Below the pieces are notes generated by a model. That model saw only the letters and a list, made by a program, of their open reading frames with translations, had not been told where the DNA came from and did not search any database. Position numbers and translations under genes: made by a program. Source: the human T2T-CHM13v2.0 reference genome, Homo sapiens. Taken from it: a DNA stretch of 64,000 bases. The stretch lies in assembly GCF_009914755.1 (NCBI RefSeq), contig NC_060925.1. One strand, written 5' to 3'. Positions 56,276 to 64,000 of this stretch are shown piece after piece (position 1 is the stretch's first letter; each line of letters begins with the position of its first letter).

Positions 56276-57779
56276 ATCTTCAAATTATGTATGTCTTAAA
56301 TTAAATTTACATTCTTGGAATTGGGGCTGGGCTGAGCCCAATTTAGCAGGGCAAGGGCTAAGACGTTTGAAATAGCTGAAAATTCTGTAACTCTGCAAGG
56401 CAGACAGCTGGAAGAAATTACTTCCTGTTAAAAATTGTAGTTCTCAGTCATCGGGTAAAACCCTTGCCTTATCAGCTCCTGGGATTAATGATTTTTTTTC
56501 ACACTAGGCCATACCACAGTGCATTTCAACAGTGGATCCCAGAAACACAGATCCTTAATTTACTTTTGGTTAGCTCAATTATGCAAACACGTGTTTAGCT
56601 GCTAGAACGACTTTGTCCGCATTTAGGGAGCTTTAATTCAACTACAAGTACTGGAACCAGCAAAGGAACTCCTGACTGTCTGAGATCTGCCCAGCGGCAA
56701 AGCTGTTTGTTGTAGCTATTTGTTTTTTGCGTCACTTTTTTCTTTTCCTTTCTGTATGACTGGTACTACAAATGGAGATGTGCATCTGTTACTGTGGATC
56801 TGTCAATGGCTTAGGTTTTCTGGACATAATCTTATTTAATTGAGCCAGGTCTTTTTTTCCTAAGTTTTTTCCCTACATGTGAAGCATTTTGTTGTTGTTG
56901 TTAAAGTGCTCTAATGTCTTAGTACTAAACTAATAATAAAAATGACAACAGTAACAAATAGTGCTCTTATTGATCATCAAGAGAGTAGGCTCTGAATGGT
57001 AATTGGAATACAGCTGGAACAGGGCCGTATGGAGTGGCAGACCTCATCCCTCATAGGCAGCAGCAGCTAAGCCCATTCTGTATTCTACACCCTCCCTGAC
57101 CCTTGATTTCTACTTGGCCTACCTCACCATGTTGTTCTATGGAAAATCAGGCCACCCCGTACCTAACCTTTCCCTGGCCAACATTTAGCAGCTTACTGAG
57201 CCTGTTGTATTGTATCTAATCCTTGCTTAGCCCAGCCATATGCACTACCATTAGGGAACATCATAAATCATCATTTAAGGATCATAATATCCACTCTACT
57301 TGCCAGAGGACCAAGTCATCCATTCCCTTGTATCTAAGTGGCAGTTGCAAACTCCTGGAATAGATTCCTCATTGTCTTCCTATCAGCTTCAGCATCTCCT
57401 GTCTCAAATGTCACTACTCATAGCACATTTTTCTTTAGAACATGCTCATTCTTGTGATTTCTTTTCTGACAGAGATAGATACCTGCTGCCCAGCTGTGTT
57501 GCTTATGGATTTCCCCAATAGGAGTCAGTACTAGACACTTGCCAACAGGCAAGTCACTTAATATATTTGAATTACATTTCCTTCTTAGGTAAATAAGAGT
57601 GACATTCCTCTTTCTTTCTTTCTTGGCATTGTGTCTGAGCTGGGAAGACTTTATGTCAGGTTTGCTGGGATGATCCAATGAGACACAACTTGTGAATATC
57701 CTTTACAAAATAGAAGACCCTGAATAAAAGCTAGCAATTATTGTAATAACAAAGAAGTGCTTACAGATAAATGTGTCTC

Positions 57780-58580
57780 TTTTATTCAACAAACCTGTAT
57801 TGAATATGTGTCAAGTACGATGATCAAAAAGACTCAGTCCCTGCCTTTAAGAAATTTAACATCTTGGGGTATATACAGATAAAGAAATAGGCACTTACAA
57901 TACAGAGTGATAAGAACTATGATAATGCTAAATCCCTTATGAGAGTGCACAGAAAACACATATAATGTAGACTAAGAGAGGTCAGGGAAGGCTTCCTGAG
58001 AGGTGCAGAGCATGAACAAAGGTGAGCTGAAAGAAAAACTGGAAAATGTGGCTTCTGGGAACTGTAAATTGCTCAGCCTAGCTCTATCTCAGAGTGAAGT
58101 CAAGTGGAAAGACTGGAGAGGTAAGTGAAGGCTAAATTATGGAGGGTTTTGAACATTGGAACACTACTGAAAGGTTTTAAGCAGAGAGAGACATGATCAG
58201 ATGTGTCTGAATATCATATGTTTTGGAAGGAGAAAGATGGAATGAGGGAGATTGGTTAGAAGGCTATTGGGATTAACTAGCGATGAGATTATAATAGCAT
58301 AATCTAATTCTGGTGGTTTCAAGACAGGTAGATGAATTCAAGAGATATTTGGCAGTAAAAATCAGTAAACTTTGATGTTTAATTAGATGTGGGGAATAGA
58401 GTAGAAAACATAGTGGAGGGTAGCACCCTCATTTCTAGTTTGGAGAACCATATGGATGGTGATGCCATTCACTGAGATTGGGATCATGGAAGGAGAAGAG
58501 TTGGGGTACGGAAAGATTATAATCTCAGTTTGGGTTGTGACTCTTTTTCAGGGACTATGGATTCCAAGTAGAGATATGTA
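57780..58580 (-). mobile_element. L2 3' region
   Basis: TTTATTCAACAAA..; GGTCAGGGAAGGCTTCCTG; GGTTTTAAGCAGAGAGAGACATGATCAGAT. Confidence 0.8.
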
Positions 58581-58765
58581 TAATATATGGATATTCTGCT
58601 ATGTATGTTTCAGGATGCTTGGCTGCTCATAACTCTAGGAAGGGACAGAATTACAGACTGCATGGTTCTTACATGTCCGCGGATGCTGACTGGACATGGA
58701 ATCAATGTCAGACACAATGGCAGTGAATACACTGGCTAGCCAGTAATTTTTCATGTATGATATGG

Positions 58766-59189
58766 TGTATTAGTCAGGGTTCTCTAGAGAGACAGAATTA
58801 GTAGGATATATATAGGAGTTTATTAAGTATTGACTTACATGATCACAAGGTCCCACAATAGACTGTAAGCTGAGGAGCAAGGAGAGCCAGTCCGAGTCCC
58901 AAAACCAAAGAACTTGGAGTCTGACGTTCGAGGGCAGGAAGCATCCAGCATGGGAGAAAGATGTAGACCGGGAGGCTAGGCCAGTCTCTCCTTTTTATTG
59001 TTTTCTGCCTGCTTTATGTTTGCTGGCAGCTGATTAGATTGTGTCCACCAGATTAAGGGTGGGTCTGCCTTCCCCAGCCCACTGACTCAAATGTTAATCT
59101 CCTTTGCCAGCACCCTCACAGATACACCCAGGACCAATATTTTGTATCCTTCAATCCATTCAAGCTAACACTCAGTATTAACCAGCACA
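58766..59189 (-). mobile_element. MLT2A 3' LTR of HERV-L
   Basis: TGTATTAGTCAGGGTTCTCTAGAG...CTCAGTATTAACCAGCACA. Confidence 0.92.
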
Positions 59190-59605
59190 AGTTCACCTCT
59201 TGTCAACTTGAGCCCATACACATCTCCTGAGATCATTCATAATCTGCAAATAAAGACAATAATGTCATAATTGCATCTAACTTAATACAACTATCCTTTT
59301 TCCAACCAGAAATGCACCAATCCCCAACCCAAATACTATTACATAAAGTTAACAATACTTAAATGCTGATATGAAGTCAATAAATCTTATGTCACACGAA
59401 AAAGGAAAAGGAAATAAAATAAAGATATTTTCTTAGCACAAGTGTATACATGCACAAACATGTTTTTAGCAAAAGAAGAAGGAAATACTCATGACAATCA
59501 CAGTCCCTATTTCTGCAGCTGGTCACGTGGTCATAGCTGGTATTACTGACTACCTTCTACTACCCATTCTGTATTCCCTTTGCCTTCAGCAATCACCTCG
59601 GCAGG

Positions 59606-60330
<725 letters not shown>

Positions 60331-60465
60331 TACTATTGGATCACTAGGGGTGATGGTGAGTGGTGCCACTTCCACTAGCAGCCCTTGATTCCTGGACCTG
60401 TGAATCCTGGCTATGGGAGAAGAAGTACCATATATTGGATGCTGATTCAGAGCAGACACAGCCTT

Positions 60466-61362
60466 CTAGAGAACTTTGGCCCAGCCCTGAAGAGTATTGT
60501 CACCTAGTTGGCATTGTAACTGTGACTTCAAAAGGCCATTCCACCATTCTATCAACCCAGCTGCTTCAGGATGATGGGGAACATGGTATGAACAGTGAAT
60601 TCCATGAGCATGAGCCCACTGCTGCACTTCTTTAGCCATAAAGTGAGTGCCTTGGTCAGAGGCAATGCTGTGTGGAATACCATGATGGTGGATAAGGCAT
60701 TCCATGAGTCCGCGGATGGTAGTCTTGGCAGAAGCATTGTGTGCAGGATAGGCAAACCCATATCCAGAGTAAGTGTCTCTTCCAGTGAGGACAAACCTCT
60801 GCCCTTTCCATGATGGAAGAGGTCCAATATAATCAACCTTCCACAAGGTAGCTGGCTGATCACCCCAAGAAATGGTGCCATATTGAGGGCTCAGCATTGG
60901 TCTTTGCTGCTGGCAAATTGGGCACTCAGCAGTGGCCGTAGCCAGGTCAGCCTTGGTGAGTGGAAGTCCGTGATGCTGAGCCCATGTGTAACCTCCATCC
61001 CTGTCACCATGGCCACTTTGTTCATGGGCCCATTGGGCAATGACAGGTGTGTCTGGGGAAAGAGGCTGAGTGGTGTCCACAGAATGGGTCATCCAATCCA
61101 CTTGATTATTAAAATCCTCCTCTGCTGAGGTCACCCGTTGGTGAGCACTCACATGGGATACAAATATCTTCACAGTTTTTGACCACTCAAAGAGGTCCAT
61201 CCACATATCTGTCCTCCAAATTTCTTTGTCACCGATTTTCCAATTATGCTTCTTCCAAGTCCCTGACCATCCAGCCAAACCATTGGCTACAACCTGTGAA
61301 TCCGCATATAATCGCACATCTGGCCATTTCTCCTTCCTTGCAATGTGCACAACCAGGTGCAC
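60466..61362 (-). pseudogene. HERV-L pol fragment: RNase H C-half and integrase core (298 open codons)
   Basis: HEQSGH..CPIC; VDYIG, SDQG, IEWWNG; GTG start, cut off from RT by a frameshift. Confidence 0.9.
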
Positions 61363-63230
61363 TGATTGAAGTTCTGCCCACTGGGATATTCCCCTTCACC
61401 ACTGTGCTTCAGGGATGTCCTAGAAAGAGGCCGTACTGCTACAGCTGTCCACTTTCGGGTGGTGCCTGCATATCGTGAAGAACCATCTGTGAACCAGGCC
61501 CTAATGTTCTCTTCCTCTGTCCACTGATCATAGGGAACTCCCCATGAGGCCATTGGTGCAGGCTAGGGAAGAGAAGGCAGGGTGGCAGGAGTGGAGACCA
61601 TGGGCATTTGAGCCACTTCCTCATGTAACCTACTTGTGCCTTCAGGACCTGCTTAAACCTGATCATGTATAAAGCACTTCCATTTGATGATGGAATGCTG
61701 CTGTGCATGAACCACTTTATGGCTAGATGGGTCAGAAAGCACCCAGTTCATGATAGGAAGTTCAGGTCGCATGGCGACTTGCCCTGTAGTCAAATGTTCA
61801 GTTTCCACCAAAGCCCAGTAACAGGCTAAAAGCTGTCTCTCAAAAGGAGAGTAGTTATCTGCAGAAGATGGCAGAGCCTTGCTCCAAAATCCTAGAGGTC
61901 TCCGCAGTGATTCACCTATGGGGGTCTGTCAAAGACTCCAAACAGCATCCCTGTCTGCCACTGACACCTCAAGCACCATTGGGTCTGCTGGGTCATATGG
62001 CCCAAGTGGCAGAGCAGCTTGGACAGCAGCCTGGACCTGTTGCAGAGCCTTCTCCTGTTCTGGACCCCACTCAAAACAGGCAGCCTTTTGGGTCACTTGA
62101 TAAATGGGGTGGAGTAACACACCCAAATGAGGAATGTGTTGCCTCCAAAATCTAAATAGGCCCACTAGGCGTGGTACCTCTTTCTTGGTTGTAGGAGGGG
62201 CTGAGTGCGGCAACTTATCTTTCACCTTAGAAGGAATATCTCTACAGGCCCCACACCACTGGACCCCTAGAAATTTTACTGAAGTAGAAGGTCCCTGAAT
62301 ATTAGTCAGATTTATCTCATCCTCTGGCATGCAAATGTCTCACAAATAAGTCCAGTGTGTTTGCTACTTCTTGCTCACTGGATCCAATCAGCATAATGTC
62401 ATCAATGTAATGGACCAGTGTGATATCTTGCAGAAGCGAAAATCAATCAAGGTGTCTCTGAATAAGATTATGACATAAAGCTGGAGAGTTGACATATTCC
62501 TGAGGTAGGCCAGTAAAGGTGTATTGCTGGCCTTGCCAGCTAAAGGCAAATTGCTTCTGGCAGGCCTTATGGGCAGGAATGGAGAAAAAGGCATTTGCCA
62601 AGTCAATGGCTGTATACCAGGTACCAGGAAATGTGTACACCTGGTACAGCAGCTGCAACTGGAGTCATCACTTGGTTAAGCTTACAATAATCTACTGTCA
62701 TTCTCCAAGATCCATCTGTCTTCTGCACAAACTGAATGGGAGATCCCTGAATCTGAACAGGGATGTAGCGGGAATCACCACCTGTGTGTCTTTCAAGTCC
62801 TTGATGGTGGCACTGATCTCTGCAATCCCTCCAGGGATGCGATATTGTTTTTGATTTACATTTTTCTAGGTAGAGGCAGCTTTAATGGCTTCCATTTGAT
62901 CTTTCTCACCATAATAGCCCTCACCCTACCAGTCAGGGAGCCAATGTGGGGGTTCTGCCAGCTGCTAAGTATGTCTATGCCAATTATGCATTCTGGCACT
63001 GGGGAAATGACCACAGGATGAATCTGGGGACCCACTGGACCCACTGTAAGTTGGACATGAGCTAAAACTCCATTAATTACCTGACCTCCATAAGCCCCTA
63101 CTTTAACAGGAGGACCACAATGACATTTTTGGTCCCCTGGAATCAACACCAACTCAGAGCCAGCGTCCAGTAGTCCCCGAAATGTCTGATAATTTCTCTT
63201 TCCCCATTGCACAGTTATTCTGGTAAAAGG
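61363..63230 (-). pseudogene. HERV-L protease / RT remnant with frameshifts and deletions
   Basis: ORF pieces 62856-63212, 62443-62658 and 61929-62330 in different frames. Confidence 0.9.
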
Positions 63231-64000
63231 CTGGAGGTCTCCTTGGGGAAGGATGGGAGAGAGAGTTACTGTATAAATTGTCGGTAGTGGGGTCTTTTCT
63301 CAAGGGGACCTGGCCTCCCTTTCATTCAAGGGGTTCTGGGTCTGTAAACTGGCTGGAAAGTCTGGAAACTGATTGAGGGGCCATGATTCTCTGTTTTTAT
63401 AATTCATGTTAGTTTTTTATCCATTTGACCTAGAAGTTTTCTGCTTGTATAAATTAAGTAGGAATGCAGTAGGCTTCCTATCAATTTCACCTATAGGAAC
63501 ACAGTTGTTAAGTATCCAATGCCAGAGCTCTGCATGAGTCAGACTATTCTAATTGCCACTTTGCCTCTGCTGTCCATTACAGTAGCTACACCCACCTTGC
63601 CTTTTATGGTTGAGTGCTGCCACTTGGCCCCTGCCACCTCAGGATTGTATTTACATTTTGTAGTTGGGTAACTGCAGTTCCCACCATTCAATCTGACATA
63701 CAGAGAAGAGCAATTACAGGGCTCTTCAAAGATCCAGGTGCTGCCCTCACAAATCTATTTCACAAGGCATTGGTCAAGGGTATATCTTCTGGACCCTCCC
63801 AGCTGGGATGAGTAGGTCTAAAGTGGCTAATCCACTCCACCATCCCAATGTTACTAAGCCTTGGGATCCCTCCCTGTACATTAAACCAAGAAAGATCAGG
63901 CATTTCCAGCTCACTCACGGTGGGCCATCATTTAATCCATATTTCAGCTAACCAAGCAAATAAACTATTAGAACCTTTTTTAACTCCCCGAGGTGCAACG

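Overview
Human/primate euchromatic, apparently gene-free DNA. It is dominated by interspersed repeats: about 20 Alus, MIR/L2/L1 fragments, DNA transposons and an unusually dense set of LTR elements. The LTR elements include a full THE1A provirus, a 5'-deleted HERV-H, solo LTR7, LTR5 (HERV-K), MER4, MER41, MER50, MER52, MER66 and MER74 LTRs, many MaLR LTRs, and the 3' 5 kb of a HERV-L provirus on the minus strand. I see no cellular protein-coding gene, CpG island or structural RNA gene. The long ORFs are retroviral remnants, Alu translations or low-complexity artefacts. A full-length AluYa5 indicates human origin. The most unusual structure is a fossil multi-template inverted insertion at 18029-18813 inside a MER4 LTR. 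It is built from two local segments copied from about 0.5 kb and 2 kb upstream, each spanning a repeat/flank junction, and was later hit by the AluYa5. Smaller fold-back or templated duplications occur at about 21.7/22.7, 31.7, 32.3, 34.2 and 62.7 kb. Repeat subfamily names come from recalled consensus sequences rather than a search. Boundaries without a TSD are approximate, and identities are hand counts.
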